53,277 nucleotides of DNA from a virus (taxonomy: Duplodnaviria; Caudoviricetes), in the IMG/VR virus record IMGVR_UViG_3300030104_000348, positions 1-53,277 of that record; one strand, written 5' to 3'. The position numbers were made by a program, and so were the translations under genes. Below the pieces are notes generated by a model. It was not told the DNA's origin and searched no databases. It was given only the letters and a program-made list of their open reading frames with translations. This document shows, in pieces, positions 16,866-27,930 of this stretch (the first letter of the stretch is position 1; every line of letters starts with the position of its first letter).

Positions 16866-18847
16866 AATCAAACATAGCAAATCAGTTACCTACTGATTAT
16901 CAAAATTTTATAGCACTTTCAAGATATGCACGTTGGATACCTGAAGAAAATAGAAGAGAAGAGTGGTCAGAAACAGTAGATAGATATTTAACAAACATGC
17001 AAGATCATCTTGTTAAAAACTACGACTTTGATGAAAAGGTTTATTATGAATTGCAAGATAGATTGTTTCACCACATTACTAATTTAAATGTAATGCCAAG
17101 TATGAGAGCATTGATGACTGCAGGTAAAGCACTTGATAAATGTCACGTAGCAGGTTACAACTGTTCTTATCTACCTGTTGATAGTCCTCGTGCTTTTGAT
17201 GAATGTATGTATATTCTTATGTGTGGTACAGGTGTAGGATTCTCTGTAGAGCGAGAGAATGTAGATAAACTACCTGTTGTTAATGAACACTTTGAAGATA
17301 GCACTACAGTTATTAAAGTAGGTGACTCACGTTCAGGTTGGGCAAAGGCACTACGTGAACTTATTGCTATGTTATATGTAGGACAAGTTCCTGTGTTTGA
17401 TGTTGAAGATGTAAGACCTGCAGGTGCAAGACTTAAAACATTTGGTGGTAGAGCATCAGGTCCTGAACCACTTGTAGACTTATACAGGTTCTGTATTAGT
17501 ATGTTTAAGAATGCAGCAGGTAGAAGACTCTATCCAATAGAGTGTCACGATCTTATGTGTAAGATAGGTGAAGTTGTAGTTGTTGGTGGTGTTAGACGTT
17601 CTGCTCTTATCAGTCTTTCAAATTTAGGAGATGACCAAATGAGATATGCTAAATCAGGTCAATGGTGGGAGAATGAAGGGCAACGTGCATTAGCAAATAA
17701 TAGTGTGGCATACAAAGGTAAGATTAGTATGGAAACATTTATGCGTGAATGGCTATCTCTCGTAGAAAGTAAGTCAGGAGAACGTGGTATCTTTAATAGA
17801 GTGTCAGCGAAAGCACAGGCAGCTAGAAATGGAAGACGAGATATTAACCATCAGTTTGGTTGTAATCCTTGTAGTGAGATTATATTAAGACCTTATCAGT
17901 TCTGTAATTTATCTGAAGTAGTTATAAGAGCAGAGGATACAGAAAAAACTCTATTAGAAAAAGTAGAGATGGCTACAATATTAGGCACGTTTCAAGCTAC
18001 ACTTACAAATTTTAAATATCTACGTAAGATATGGAAAGATAATACAGAAGAAGAAAGACTACTTGGAGTATCTCTTACAGGTATTATGGATAATCAATTG
18101 TTTAATGATTATAACACTATATTCTTTGAAGATGGTCAACAAGTATTTGATGGATTAAGAGTTGGTAGTATTCTTACAAAGTTAAAGGAGAAAGCAATTG
18201 AAACAAATAAAAAATATTCAGAGATGCTTGGCATACCTCAATCAACTGCAATCACTTGTGTTAAGCCAAGTGGTACAGTTTCTCAGCTTGTCGATAGTGC
18301 AAGTGGCATACATACTAGACATAGCGAGTATTATATTCGTACTGTACGTGGTGACAACAAAGACCCACTAACACAGTTTATGAAAGAAAATGATATACCA
18401 AACGAACCTGATGTTATGAAACCTGATAGCACAACAGTGTTTAGCTTTCCTATGAAAGCACCTAAAGGTGCAACAACAAGAAATGAAATGTCAGCTATAG
18501 ACCAACTAAACTTATGGCAAACATTCCAAGAGTATTGGTGTGAACACAAACCATCTGTAACAATCTCTGTAAAAGAAGAAGAGTGGATGGAAGTAGGTGC
18601 ATGGGTCTACAAAAACTTTAATGATATATCAGGAATTAGTTTTCTACCCCATAGCGATCATACATATGCACAAGCACCTTATCAAGAAATAAACAAAAAG
18701 GAGTATGAAAAGCTAAAAAATAGTATGCCTAAGAGTATAGATTGGAAATTACTACAAAATTATGAGAAAGAGGACAATACTGCAGGGTCAAAAGAGTTAG
18801 CCTGTAGTGCTGGAGTCTGTGAGGTCGTAGATATACAATCTACATAA
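16862..18847 (+). CDS. nrdJ: class II (B12-dependent) ribonucleotide reductase
   Basis: NCS, GTGVG, GGVRRSA, NPCSE, KPSGT, C-terminal CxxxxC; no beta subunit gene. Confidence 0.9.
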   Translation: MKSNIANQLPTDYQNFIALSRYARWIPEENRREEWSETVDRYLTNMQDHLVKNYDFDEKVYYELQDRLFHHITNLNVMPSMRALMTAGKALDKCHVAGYNCSYLPVDSPRAFDECMYILMCGTGVGFSVERENVDKLPVVNEHFEDSTTVIKVGDSRSGWAKALRELIAMLYVGQVPVFDVEDVRPAGARLKTFGGRASGPEPLVDLYRFCISMFKNAAGRRLYPIECHDLMCKIGEVVVVGGVRRSALISLSNLGDDQMRYAKSGQWWENEGQRALANNSVAYKGKISMETFMREWLSLVESKSGERGIFNRVSAKAQAARNGRRDINHQFGCNPCSEIILRPYQFCNLSEVVIRAEDTEKTLLEKVEMATILGTFQATLTNFKYLRKIWKDNTEEERLLGVSLTGIMDNQLFNDYNTIFFEDGQQVFDGLRVGSILTKLKEKAIETNKKYSEMLGIPQSTAITCVKPSGTVSQLVDSASGIHTRHSEYYIRTVRGDNKDPLTQFMKENDIPNEPDVMKPDSTTVFSFPMKAPKGATTRNEMSAIDQLNLWQTFQEYWCEHKPSVTISVKEEEWMEVGAWVYKNFNDISGISFLPHSDHTYAQAPYQEINKKEYEKLKNSMPKSIDWKLLQNYEKEDNTAGSKELACSAGVCEVVDIQST

Positions 18848-18860
18848 TCAGGTACGTTAC

Positions 18861-18898
18861 CCTTCGGAGGGTGTGTTTCACCCCTCTGACGGTCTTTA
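18861..18898 (+). terminator. hairpin after RNR, possible terminator
   Basis: TCGGAGGGTG-TGTTT-CACCCCTCTGA stem followed by TCTTT. Confidence 0.45.
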
Positions 18899-18931
18899 TA
18901 TGAAGATAAATTTTTAAAAAGGAGTAAAATT

Positions 18932-19189
18932 ATGAGAGAAATACTAATTGCAGCAGCAAGAACCTATTATATGGGTATGATTAATAAACATGTAGCAAAC
19001 ATGGAAGTATTACTTACAAATCCTGTAGGTATTGGTGAAGATTCGCATCAAGATATACAAGCTGTTATTGAAATAGAGATGGGTAAGATAGCAGATTACC
19101 ATGATAAACTTGAAATGTTACAAAAGTTTTTTGTTAAACCTCAACAACAACAAGAGGAGAATAAGGATGATGAAAAAAATAAGAAGTAG
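18932..19189 (+). CDS. hypothetical protein
   Basis: AAGGAG RBS; NPVGIGE motif. Confidence 0.75.
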   Translation: MREILIAAARTYYMGMINKHVANMEVLLTNPVGIGEDSHQDIQAVIEIEMGKIADYHDKLEMLQKFFVKPQQQQEENKDDEKNKK

Positions 19190-19406
19190 AAAAGAAAGAG
19201 GTCTTTCTAAATATGATGCACCTTTAATAATACAATATACAAAAGGTGTAAATGCATTTAAGAGAAATGAAAAGTCACCTTACCATTTAAACTCTATGGC
19301 TTATAGAGAATGGCAACGTGGTTGGAATGATGCTTATGCACGACAATATAAAAGGATACAAGTAAATGAAACTAGAAGAAGAGGTCAAGAGGTTTATGCA
19401 AGATAA
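19167..19406 (+). CDS. small basic protein with RMF-like motif
   Basis: GAGGAG RBS; KG..AF....SPY......EWQRGWNDA. Confidence 0.6.
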   Translation: MMKKIRSRKERGLSKYDAPLIIQYTKGVNAFKRNEKSPYHLNSMAYREWQRGWNDAYARQYKRIQVNETRRRGQEVYAR

Positions 19407-19728
19407 AAATAAAAGTATGATAACTGCTAATCAATATCAAGTAGAAGCCAAAAAGACTGCTATTTTCCCTGCTAACAAAGCCCTAGAGTATTTATCTCTA
19501 GGGTTAGTAGGTGAAGCAGGAGAAGTAGCTAACAAGGTTAAAAAAATTATACGTGATAAAAAGCTAGATGTTGATGTAGCTAGTGAGATAGGTGATGTAT
19601 TGTGGTATTGTGCTATGTTGGCTGATTACTTTGATGTTAACTTAGGAAAGATAATGGATGATAATATTAATAAGCTACATTCTAGAAAAAATAGAGGTGT
19701 GTTAGGTGGTAGTGGTGATAAGCGTTAG
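19366..19728 (+). CDS. MazG-like NTP pyrophosphohydrolase
   Basis: GLVGEAGEVA, EIGDVLWY, NxxKL, GSGD. Confidence 0.88.
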   Translation: MKLEEEVKRFMQDKNKSMITANQYQVEAKKTAIFPANKALEYLSLGLVGEAGEVANKVKKIIRDKKLDVDVASEIGDVLWYCAMLADYFDVNLGKIMDDNINKLHSRKNRGVLGGSGDKR

Positions 19729-22700
19729 TTAAAACCTTTAAAGCCTTTTAGTACATCTTGATAATTTGGATCACTTAAAAAGGCTTTTCTTCTTTTAGAC
19801 GGCATTTGTTCTAGTATAGCTAATGCTCCACCAAAATCCTCTATATCAATAAAATCTTCGCCATTATTTTGTGTTTTATATTGTTCTTGTAACTCTTTTT
19901 GCAAGTCTTGTGGCAGTGAATAAAAAACTGCTTTATTTTTTCTACGTATTTCTGTATAACTATTTCCTGCACCTTTAGGGTCTAATACTATTTGCCTAGC
20001 TGTTTGTTTTGCACTAGACAATGCCATTTTTAAAAGTCTTCTTTTAACTATATCACTAGCTTTTTTATAGCCAGTGTCATAGGCAATATAATTTGTAATC
20101 GTGCTTTCTATAATATTAGACATTACTTGTTTTTGATCGTTATTTAATTCTGTATCGTCTTGCACTCTTCTAGGTATTAATTCTAAATAATCAAATCCTA
20201 ATCTATCAAATTCTTTTTGTGCAAATGTTTTTTCTTCTTGTTCAAAAAATCCTGTGGCTTGTTTTAACAGAGGATTAACATATGTTATTCCTGTTGACCT
20301 ATAAGGTGTAGCAGAAAAACCTTTTCTGTCAGGTCCTACACCTTTATATACAAATCCTGTATTAAAAACATTCATACCATCTACATCGTTATCTATACCT
20401 TTAAAAGAGTCTACACCTGTAGCATCTGCTATTTGTGGAAAGGCTCGTGTAGCTTGTTTTGCAAAGTATCCTAATACTGATACATCAGTGTTGTTTGGAA
20501 CTTTTCTGAAGTCAGGGCTAATAATAGCTGCTGTATCTTTAATTACACCTGCACCTACTGTGTATGTATTTAAAGCATTAGCTAGTAGTTTATAAAAATA
20601 CTCTCCTGCTTTTCTCTCAGTAGCTAAGCTAGTACCATTAATAAATTTATCTATACCTATGTCTAAAATATCAGATGCTGTTCCTGCTCTACCTAATCCA
20701 CCTGTAAGAGCATATCCTAAATCTCTTCTTATTCTATTATTTTGTATACCTTTTGCTATTCTTGGATTTTGTTTTATAAAAATATCAAATTCTTTTTCTG
20801 TAGCAGGTATTTTAAATTTATATGTAGTAGCATCTTGATGTGGCATCATTCTGTACAGAAAATCAGCAAACCAAGCAGTAAATGCATAAGGTCCTAAAGT
20901 AGCTTTTAAATCAAAATAACCACCTGTTGAACCTATCACATTACGCATAGCACCTTTAAAACGACTATCACCTTCTGGACCTGTGGGTGAGTAAAATTCA
21001 AAAGCACCTGTATCTTCTGTTCCTAAGTTTGCTCTCATTTGCATAAATGCATATAGAGTAGTAATACCACCAAGCTGTTTACCAACACGATCTGCTGTAG
21101 TAGATTTATTTAATATACCACCTATATTAACCATTCCTAGAAGAGGAGTATGTTCATAAGAAAATCTAAGTTGATTTATAAGGTATCTTGGAAATGGAAC
21201 AACTAAACTACCAAGTTTACTTTGACCAAAAGCTATAACACCATTAGCAAATATTTTATTAAACCAACCTTCTTTTTTATGAAACTTACCTGCTTGATAA
21301 GTAAATTCTAGAGCCTGTTCCATAGCTTTAGCTGTTAACTTGTCATCAATAGATTGAAAACCATCTTCAATTAACTTTGTTTTTAAATTTTTACCGGGAT
21401 ATGCTACTTGCACAAGTTTGTTTAGTTCTCTTGAAAATATAGCACGTTTAAACATATTATCACTCATCGTGTTAAGAAAGTTTAATTTTCTAGCTATTGC
21501 TGTTAGTCCACCTTCTGTTCCTGTAAGGTTTCCTATATCTCCCATTTCTTTAAATAGTTCTTTTGCCTGTTCTGATTTACCAAAAGCAGGGTTTCTAAAT
21601 AATTTTTCTAAAGCTGCAGTTTCTACACTAGTCATGCCTAATACTAAATCTCTCAAAAGGGCTGCTTGTGCTGACGTTTTTAATTGTGCTACACCTAAAC
21701 GAACTGCTCTTCTGCCCTCATCTCTATAATCTGCATCTTTTAAAAAATTTAGTTTCTTAAAATTACCACCTATTGTATTATATAAACCTGAACCTAAATT
21801 ATCTAAAGCATATGTATAGTTACGCATATATCCATTTGTTGTGTTTCTAGCAGTTGTAACAGCCTGTATAGTCATTAAACCAACACGACCTTTTACAGCT
21901 ACCTGATCTATAACTCTACCTGCCATACCCATAACGTCAAGACCTATTTTTTCATCTTGTACTTTTGTTCTTGCTTTAGCTGTAAAGTCACCACCTAATG
22001 ATTGTAATGCACCATCTATGTCGTTCATTTCTTTTAGAAGTTCATATTGTACACTTCCTTCTTTTATTTTTTGTAATACTGATCTTTTTAATTTACTTTG
22101 TGTGCCTAACTTACGACCTGCTTCTGATATTTCTTCTGCATAGATAAGACCTAATTGCTCCAAACTAACATTATGTTTTTTTAATATACTTTCTATTGAC
22201 GCTATATCAATTGAAGCATCTGATTTTGCTAAAGTGTCATCAAGACCTTGATCTATTTTATCAATTACAGACTTGTGATCTAGTAATGCTCTAGTAATAC
22301 GTGAAGAAAATCTTTCTTGTAAATCTTCTTTACTGCCTTTATCATATCTAACTAGTGTTCCATCAGGTAAAACTTCTTTTACTCTAGGTTTTATAGAGTC
22401 ATATATTTTAGCACCTGCTGCAGCTATATTGTCAAGTGTTTGAGAATCTATTGTTGCACTAATGTTTTCTATAGGTGTTTGTTTTATTTGTTGTTTTGTT
22501 ATTTTTGCTTTTAATTTTTTACCTTTTTCAAGTGCTTCAGGTATTGTTTCTTTTAACGCTAATTTATTTTTTATTTCTTTTGCTTTTTTACCTACTAAAG
22601 ATTTACTATTAAATACTTTTAAAGACTCTACATGGGCTGCTTCAGTTTTTGCTTTCTGTTTTAACAAAGTATTCATAACTATCTTTTCAGATTGAAAGCC

Positions 22701-23351
22701 TGTATATGCTTGTCTAGAACCTATACCACCACCTACAATACCACTAGTTAATGCAGATATTGCAGCTCCTGTTCCTACTTTAGTAAAATCTATACCTTCA
22801 CCTTTTTCTTTTATACCTGTGTCTTTACGTACCTGTTCTTGGGCAGCTATAGTTCCTGCGGCTGCAGGTGCATCAATAAGTAATGCAGGTATTGCACCTC
22901 TTGCAGCACCTGAAAGTGCTTGACGTATACCAAACTTTACACCTTGTTGTGCCGCCAATGCTCCTACTTTAGCACTTCCAAAAGAAAATATACCTGCATA
23001 TGTAGAAGGTGCAGTGAATACACCACCTAAATAATCACCTGCAGCTTTCCACCCTAATTCACCATCCATATGGTCAAACGTATCCATTAGCCGACCCATT
23101 CTAGCACGACCATTATCATCTGTTAATGTTTGAGCGTATATTAAATCTCTTGTAGCTGTAAACTCATTTACATTTTGTCTACGAAAATGTTGCATAAAAG
23201 CATCATACACATCATCGTCAGATTTAAAGTCTGAAGTTTCATAGCCTGATCGTTCAATAAGAAACCCTCTAGCGTCATTTAGAAAGTTTTTATTGCCTAT
23301 CAGAAATTCTTTATTTAATTTTTTAGGGTCATGGAGATTGTAGTTTTGCAT
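19725..23351 (-). CDS. large internal virion (ejection) protein
   Basis: 1208 aa, last gene of structural arm, Gly/Ala-rich segment. Confidence 0.55.
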   Translation of the reverse strand: MQNYNLHDPKKLNKEFLIGNKNFLNDARGFLIERSGYETSDFKSDDDVYDAFMQHFRRQNVNEFTATRDLIYAQTLTDDNGRARMGRLMDTFDHMDGELGWKAAGDYLGGVFTAPSTYAGIFSFGSAKVGALAAQQGVKFGIRQALSGAARGAIPALLIDAPAAAGTIAAQEQVRKDTGIKEKGEGIDFTKVGTGAAISALTSGIVGGGIGSRQAYTGFQSEKIVMNTLLKQKAKTEAAHVESLKVFNSKSLVGKKAKEIKNKLALKETIPEALEKGKKLKAKITKQQIKQTPIENISATIDSQTLDNIAAAGAKIYDSIKPRVKEVLPDGTLVRYDKGSKEDLQERFSSRITRALLDHKSVIDKIDQGLDDTLAKSDASIDIASIESILKKHNVSLEQLGLIYAEEISEAGRKLGTQSKLKRSVLQKIKEGSVQYELLKEMNDIDGALQSLGGDFTAKARTKVQDEKIGLDVMGMAGRVIDQVAVKGRVGLMTIQAVTTARNTTNGYMRNYTYALDNLGSGLYNTIGGNFKKLNFLKDADYRDEGRRAVRLGVAQLKTSAQAALLRDLVLGMTSVETAALEKLFRNPAFGKSEQAKELFKEMGDIGNLTGTEGGLTAIARKLNFLNTMSDNMFKRAIFSRELNKLVQVAYPGKNLKTKLIEDGFQSIDDKLTAKAMEQALEFTYQAGKFHKKEGWFNKIFANGVIAFGQSKLGSLVVPFPRYLINQLRFSYEHTPLLGMVNIGGILNKSTTADRVGKQLGGITTLYAFMQMRANLGTEDTGAFEFYSPTGPEGDSRFKGAMRNVIGSTGGYFDLKATLGPYAFTAWFADFLYRMMPHQDATTYKFKIPATEKEFDIFIKQNPRIAKGIQNNRIRRDLGYALTGGLGRAGTASDILDIGIDKFINGTSLATERKAGEYFYKLLANALNTYTVGAGVIKDTAAIISPDFRKVPNNTDVSVLGYFAKQATRAFPQIADATGVDSFKGIDNDVDGMNVFNTGFVYKGVGPDRKGFSATPYRSTGITYVNPLLKQATGFFEQEEKTFAQKEFDRLGFDYLELIPRRVQDDTELNNDQKQVMSNIIESTITNYIAYDTGYKKASDIVKRRLLKMALSSAKQTARQIVLDPKGAGNSYTEIRRKNKAVFYSLPQDLQKELQEQYKTQNNGEDFIDIEDFGGALAILEQMPSKRRKAFLSDPNYQDVLKGFKGFN

Positions 23352-23355
23352 AATA

Positions 23356-24708
23356 CTACTTAGTCATAAGGTTTATCATAACCTGCGAATGTCCGAGTGG
23401 CACTCCCATTTGGTCAAGGTCATCTATTATTTGTGCTATACTATTAGGATCAGTAACATCTAATCCTCTTAAAACATTTCTTATATCTTCTACTTGACTG
23501 TCACTATATATTGGGTCATTTGTAGTAGGGTCTATAAAAGTACCTTCAAAATTAATAGCTTTAGTTATATCTTGAATAAGTATACTAGTATCAACTAGGT
23601 TTTGTCCTTGTGAAAAAATTATATCTTCGTTAATTTGACCTACAGGATCATCACTAGACGAAATTCTTTTAACACTTGCGTCATATTTAATTGGTTGATT
23701 TGAAAATATAGACTGATCTATTTTTGACATAACTAATTCTGAAGCATATCCCATTTGCATTAAATCAACTGCTTGTGCAAGTAACACATCAGCCTTTGAA
23801 TTAATTTCTTGTGCAATTTCTGCACCTGTATCTCCAAATCTCATAGTACCATTTGCATCAAAAGTAGCATCAAATTTATGTTTGCTTTTCATAGACTGTA
23901 ATATTTTTTCTCTAAATACATTTTTTTGTGATGTTGTTAATGATTGTCCTGTTGCTACGTTTCTATTTACTTCTGCTTGTATAAGTTTTACATCTCTTCT
24001 ATTTGTAAGTCTAGAAGCAAGTTCGTTATCACCACTTAGTTTTGCATTTATTGCTAGTCTAGTTAGTCTTTCAGTTTCTTGTGCAGGATCAGCTAAAGCA
24101 CCTACTTCAAATCTTTCTAATGGGTCAGTTGCTAAACGAGCCTGTGGTATATCATCTAAAGTTGCTCCGACACCCGGAAGTCCTGATGTTCTAGATTCTA
24201 TTTTAGTTGTAATCATATCTTGCATAGCATCCTGTCCACCAAACAATCTAGTAAAACCACCACCTAATTTTGAGTAGTCTCTTGACTTTGGAACAGTTAC
24301 AGGTGTTGTTTGCATACGTGCTAATTGCTCTATAGTTACACTAGGTTGACCACTATCTCTTTCAGCTAGTTTAAACATCTCAGATACTTTAAGACCACCT
24401 TGAGTTTGATGAGTATCATGTATATCATTAATATATTTTTTAGCTGTTTCATAACCATATTTACTAATAATATATTGCAAAGCATCAGAGTCATTGTCTA
24501 CTTTACCTAACAAGTCTCTCATTTCTTTTTTATAGCCTTGATACTCTGTATTATAACGAGCAGAGTCTGTTCTTATAATATCACTTTCATCTTTAGCTAT
24601 TTCTTTAGCTTCTTGACGATCTCTTTCTAAAAAAGCACTCATATTATTAGCAGTGCTTTCAAAAATACCTTCAGCTAAACCTAATCCAAATGCTCTACTA
24701 AATCCCAC
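23356..24708 (-). CDS. putative internal virion protein
   Basis: 450 aa, N-terminal F..G...G helix, position. Confidence 0.5.
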   Translation of the reverse strand: MGFSRAFGLGLAEGIFESTANNMSAFLERDRQEAKEIAKDESDIIRTDSARYNTEYQGYKKEMRDLLGKVDNDSDALQYIISKYGYETAKKYINDIHDTHQTQGGLKVSEMFKLAERDSGQPSVTIEQLARMQTTPVTVPKSRDYSKLGGGFTRLFGGQDAMQDMITTKIESRTSGLPGVGATLDDIPQARLATDPLERFEVGALADPAQETERLTRLAINAKLSGDNELASRLTNRRDVKLIQAEVNRNVATGQSLTTSQKNVFREKILQSMKSKHKFDATFDANGTMRFGDTGAEIAQEINSKADVLLAQAVDLMQMGYASELVMSKIDQSIFSNQPIKYDASVKRISSSDDPVGQINEDIIFSQGQNLVDTSILIQDITKAINFEGTFIDPTTNDPIYSDSQVEDIRNVLRGLDVTDPNSIAQIIDDLDQMGVPLGHSQVMINLMTK

Positions 24709-25192
24709 TATTATCTCTCCTTGCCATTAATCCTTTTGGTTCTTCCATAACCACTTCTTCTTTTTTCTTATTAGGTTCTTCACCTTTGTCTTCTTTAAGT
24801 TCTTTTATTGCTTTTGATATTGTTGAATTTCTAACAGGTTTTTTCTTTCTTGTTAGTCCTGTCTCATACTTAACTTTATTTTTATCACCTATATACATTA
24901 TCATTTCCATAAGAACAGGTATTACAAGCATACCTACATCAACTGTATGCTTACCTTCCATTACAGAACCTGTTTGTAAAGAGTTTGCTATTGTTGTTAC
25001 AGGAACATTAAGAGATAAAACATCTAGAATAGAATCAATAACATCTTCATTTTGAAACCTTTCAACATAATAATCTACGGCTTCTTCAACTGTAGAGTAC
25101 ATAGGTGGCTTTTGCCAAGGTCTATCACCTAGCTTATGTGTTAATGACATTCCTGCTATAGGAGCATTAAGTTGTGGTTGTATCTTTAGCAT
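24698..25192 (-). CDS. conserved hypothetical virion-region protein
   Basis: APIAGMSLT...RPWQKPP; C-terminal KGLMARR. Confidence 0.7.
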   Translation of the reverse strand: MLKIQPQLNAPIAGMSLTHKLGDRPWQKPPMYSTVEEAVDYYVERFQNEDVIDSILDVLSLNVPVTTIANSLQTGSVMEGKHTVDVGMLVIPVLMEMIMYIGDKNKVKYETGLTRKKKPVRNSTISKAIKELKEDKGEEPNKKKEEVVMEEPKGLMARRDNSGI

Positions 25193-25385
25193 TTAGTCCT
25201 CTTCTAGCTTCAGCAACTTGTTCAAAAAATTTATGTGCTATGTGAATAGGTTGCTGTTTATTACTATTATTTTTTTTCTTTACTGACATTGGTGTAAGTA
25301 AACCTTTACCTTTTGGTTTTTCTTGTGTTTCAGGTTTATATTTTAAAAATGTAGCATACATATTTGCAGCATGATTAGTTATCAT
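25167..25385 (-). CDS. hypothetical protein
   Basis: AAGGAG RBS, 72 aa. Confidence 0.65.
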   Translation of the reverse strand: MITNHAANMYATFLKYKPETQEKPKGKGLLTPMSVKKKNNSNKQQPIHIAHKFFEQVAEARRGLNAKDTTTT

Positions 25386-25399
25386 AGTTTACTCCTTAC

Positions 25400-27397
25400 T
25401 TAAAAAACTGTTTGAACATAAGCACTTCCTATTGTTCCAATTAAGTTACCTAGTGCCTGACCTGCACCTGATGCAGCAGTTGCACTTGCAGTCTTTGCTT
25501 GTGCATCAGCATCTAGTTGTGCTGTTGCGAGTTTAATCATTCTATCTAATTCATTTTCAGCACTCTTCCATGCAAACTCCATTGTGTCACTATAAAGTGT
25601 CCACAGACTTGAGTATGCCTGTTTTGACATATCAAGTAAAGCTGTAGCATTAAGTTCATTTGCTCTGTTAACAGCAGCTGTATCGGCTGTTGCTACTTGT
25701 TTTCTCCACTGTGCATTAGCTTGTTCAATAATTAATTCGTTACCTGCATTAAATTGATCACGTTGATTATTAACTTCAGCGTTAAATCTTTCAACAACAT
25801 TTTCTTGTCCTGCATTAAACTGTGCTTGAGCATTTGCTTGTGATGCATTAAATTGATCTACTGTAGATTCTAAACCTTCAAAAAATTGATCTGTTTGATT
25901 TTCTGATGTTGCATTAAATTGTTCTGCGGCATTATCAGCAGCTGAATCAGTAAATAAAGATTGTATTACCTGACTTGCTTTGTATATTTCTGTTTGTTGC
26001 TCATTTGTTAAATTAGCCATGTCCATTTGTAAAAAATTGTCTGCATTCTTTACACTAGCTTGTTGTCTGTTTCCTAAATTAGATAAATCTAAACCTGATA
26101 AAGCAGATGCTTCAGCAATTACAAGAGCCTGTTCATTTCTCAGGTTTTCCATATTTACTGTGTTGGCATTTCTAGAATTTTCTAAAGCTATTTCTTGCTC
26201 TGCTGTAAAATTTTTATTTGCAATATCAGCTATTGTTGCTGAATTTTTAACTCTTGCTTGAAAATCTTCATCAAATTTTAACCCTAAAAATTCTGCACGT
26301 TGCTTTGCAGCAAGTATTGCTCTTTCTTGTCTGTTAGTTAAATTTTGTCCTTCAAACTCTGCAAATATTTTAGCATCTGCCTGTGCTAATGGTATGGCTG
26401 ATTCCATTGCAGCTTGTATCATTGCCTGTCCTGCCATACTAGAAGCACCCATACCTCTAGCAGCCATACGAGCCATAACACTTCGCATTGCTCCTGCAGC
26501 CCATACAGGTGTTTTACCACCCTCAAAGTCTGCCATTCTTTCTTCAAGTTGACCTGCTACTGTAGCTTTTGCAGATGGTGTTGCTTGTGCGGCTTCTACT
26601 TGTTCTGTATATTTAGCTGCTTTTTCAGCATCTATTTTATTGTCAAGCAATTCACCGTCTTGAATTTCCCTTTGCACAGGGTTTTCTAAATCAATTGCTT
26701 TACCTTTAGCAGCTGTTAAATCAGCTACAGATGATTCTGTTTGTTCTGCGGCTATTACTTTAGCACGAGGATCATCTTCATCAGTTTGTGCCGCATCTAC
26801 AGAGTCTAATGCTTTATCTACATCCTCTTTAGTTTTTGTAACACCTGCTAAATTAGCATCTTGAGCAGTAATATCATCTGCTTTTGTTAAACCTGCCTGT
26901 GCAGGATCTACAGTTATATCACCTGATACTTGACCTACTGTTCTTGGATCAATTAATTGGTTTTCTTGTATTTCTGTACCAACAGGTGTTACTGTTGCAC
27001 CTGAAGGTAACTCAGGTGTTTGTAGTCTTTCAGCTGCAACTTCACCCATGTTTTTATCTGCATATGTACCACCTTCAGGCACATAGCTTTGTGATAACTG
27101 TCTTGGTTGTGCTTGTCCACCTGCAGCACCTGTAGGTTGTTCAGAAGAATTTAAATTATCTACATCTGTACCTTCACGTATTTTTTTTTGATTTTCTTCA
27201 CTAACACCACCTTCTTGTAATTTTACAACACCACCCTGTGCCATCTTTTTAGCAACATTTTCAAATGCTATCATTTCTCTTTGTTTATCAGGATTTTGTT
27301 CAAGGTAGCTATCAAAGTTTTCCATAGCACCTCTATAGCCCATCTTATTAGCTATTTTTTGCATACCCTGTGGTTTAAAACCTTTAAATATTGCCAT
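25400..27397 (-). CDS. putative internal virion / DNA ejection protein
   Basis: A/Q-rich, repeated QFNA, Gly-rich C-terminus. Confidence 0.55.
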   Translation of the reverse strand: MAIFKGFKPQGMQKIANKMGYRGAMENFDSYLEQNPDKQREMIAFENVAKKMAQGGVVKLQEGGVSEENQKKIREGTDVDNLNSSEQPTGAAGGQAQPRQLSQSYVPEGGTYADKNMGEVAAERLQTPELPSGATVTPVGTEIQENQLIDPRTVGQVSGDITVDPAQAGLTKADDITAQDANLAGVTKTKEDVDKALDSVDAAQTDEDDPRAKVIAAEQTESSVADLTAAKGKAIDLENPVQREIQDGELLDNKIDAEKAAKYTEQVEAAQATPSAKATVAGQLEERMADFEGGKTPVWAAGAMRSVMARMAARGMGASSMAGQAMIQAAMESAIPLAQADAKIFAEFEGQNLTNRQERAILAAKQRAEFLGLKFDEDFQARVKNSATIADIANKNFTAEQEIALENSRNANTVNMENLRNEQALVIAEASALSGLDLSNLGNRQQASVKNADNFLQMDMANLTNEQQTEIYKASQVIQSLFTDSAADNAAEQFNATSENQTDQFFEGLESTVDQFNASQANAQAQFNAGQENVVERFNAEVNNQRDQFNAGNELIIEQANAQWRKQVATADTAAVNRANELNATALLDMSKQAYSSLWTLYSDTMEFAWKSAENELDRMIKLATAQLDADAQAKTASATAASGAGQALGNLIGTIGSAYVQTVF

Positions 27398-27400
27398 TAT

Positions 27401-27631
27401 TTATTTACCTATTAATATCTTATCTAATTTATCTTCTAGTCTTTGTAGTGCATCCATTACTGTATGCATATCTTCTTTTACGTCATCACGCTTTGCGTAC
27501 TCTTCTCTTGTCTTGTTAATAAGTATATCTATACGTTTTATTTCTGATAGCATACTACGAAACATCCATATAGCAGGTGCTATTACAAGTGTAAGCACAC
27601 CATTCCAAAATAGTATTGGGCTTATTTCCAT
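27401..27631 (-). CDS. TM + coiled-coil small protein
   Basis: N-terminal hydrophobic helix, RLEDKLDK. Confidence 0.7.
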   Translation of the reverse strand: MEISPILFWNGVLTLVIAPAIWMFRSMLSEIKRIDILINKTREEYAKRDDVKEDMHTVMDALQRLEDKLDKILIGK

Positions 27632-27633
27632 AA

Positions 27634-27930
27634 TTAACCTTTAGGATATTTATCTTTTACTGCTTTAATAGTTGTTTTCCAACCATCAATTCCATTGTGA
27701 TAAATGTCATCTAGTTGGTCTTTAATTGACGGATAAGCTACTGCTCTATCCCTTTGATACTTATTATTATTGTAAGCAGTTTGAAGTTCTGCTTGTTTAT
27801 CGGTAATTTGTTTTGTTGTTATATTAGTTGGATTGCCATCATGCCAAGTAATTTGATTAATATCTTCTGCATTTACACTAACTTCTGCATCTGCTTTTAA
27901 TGCTATAATTGCACTTATAATATCAGTCAT
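27634..27930 (-). CDS. tail fibre chaperone-like protein
   Basis: YQRDRAVAYPSIKDQLD...VKDKYPK. Confidence 0.6.
   Translation of the reverse strand: MTDIISAIIALKADAEVSVNAEDINQITWHDGNPTNITTKQITDKQAELQTAYNNNKYQRDRAVAYPSIKDQLDDIYHNGIDGWKTTIKAVKDKYPKG

Noticed and set aside
1713-18549. Alternative-frame and antisense ORFs inside early and replication genes
   Set aside because: Overlap well-supported genes and lack RBS or recognisable motifs
11743-18847. Introns or inteins in polymerase or RNR
   Set aside because: Continuous ORFs of ordinary length without splicing motifs
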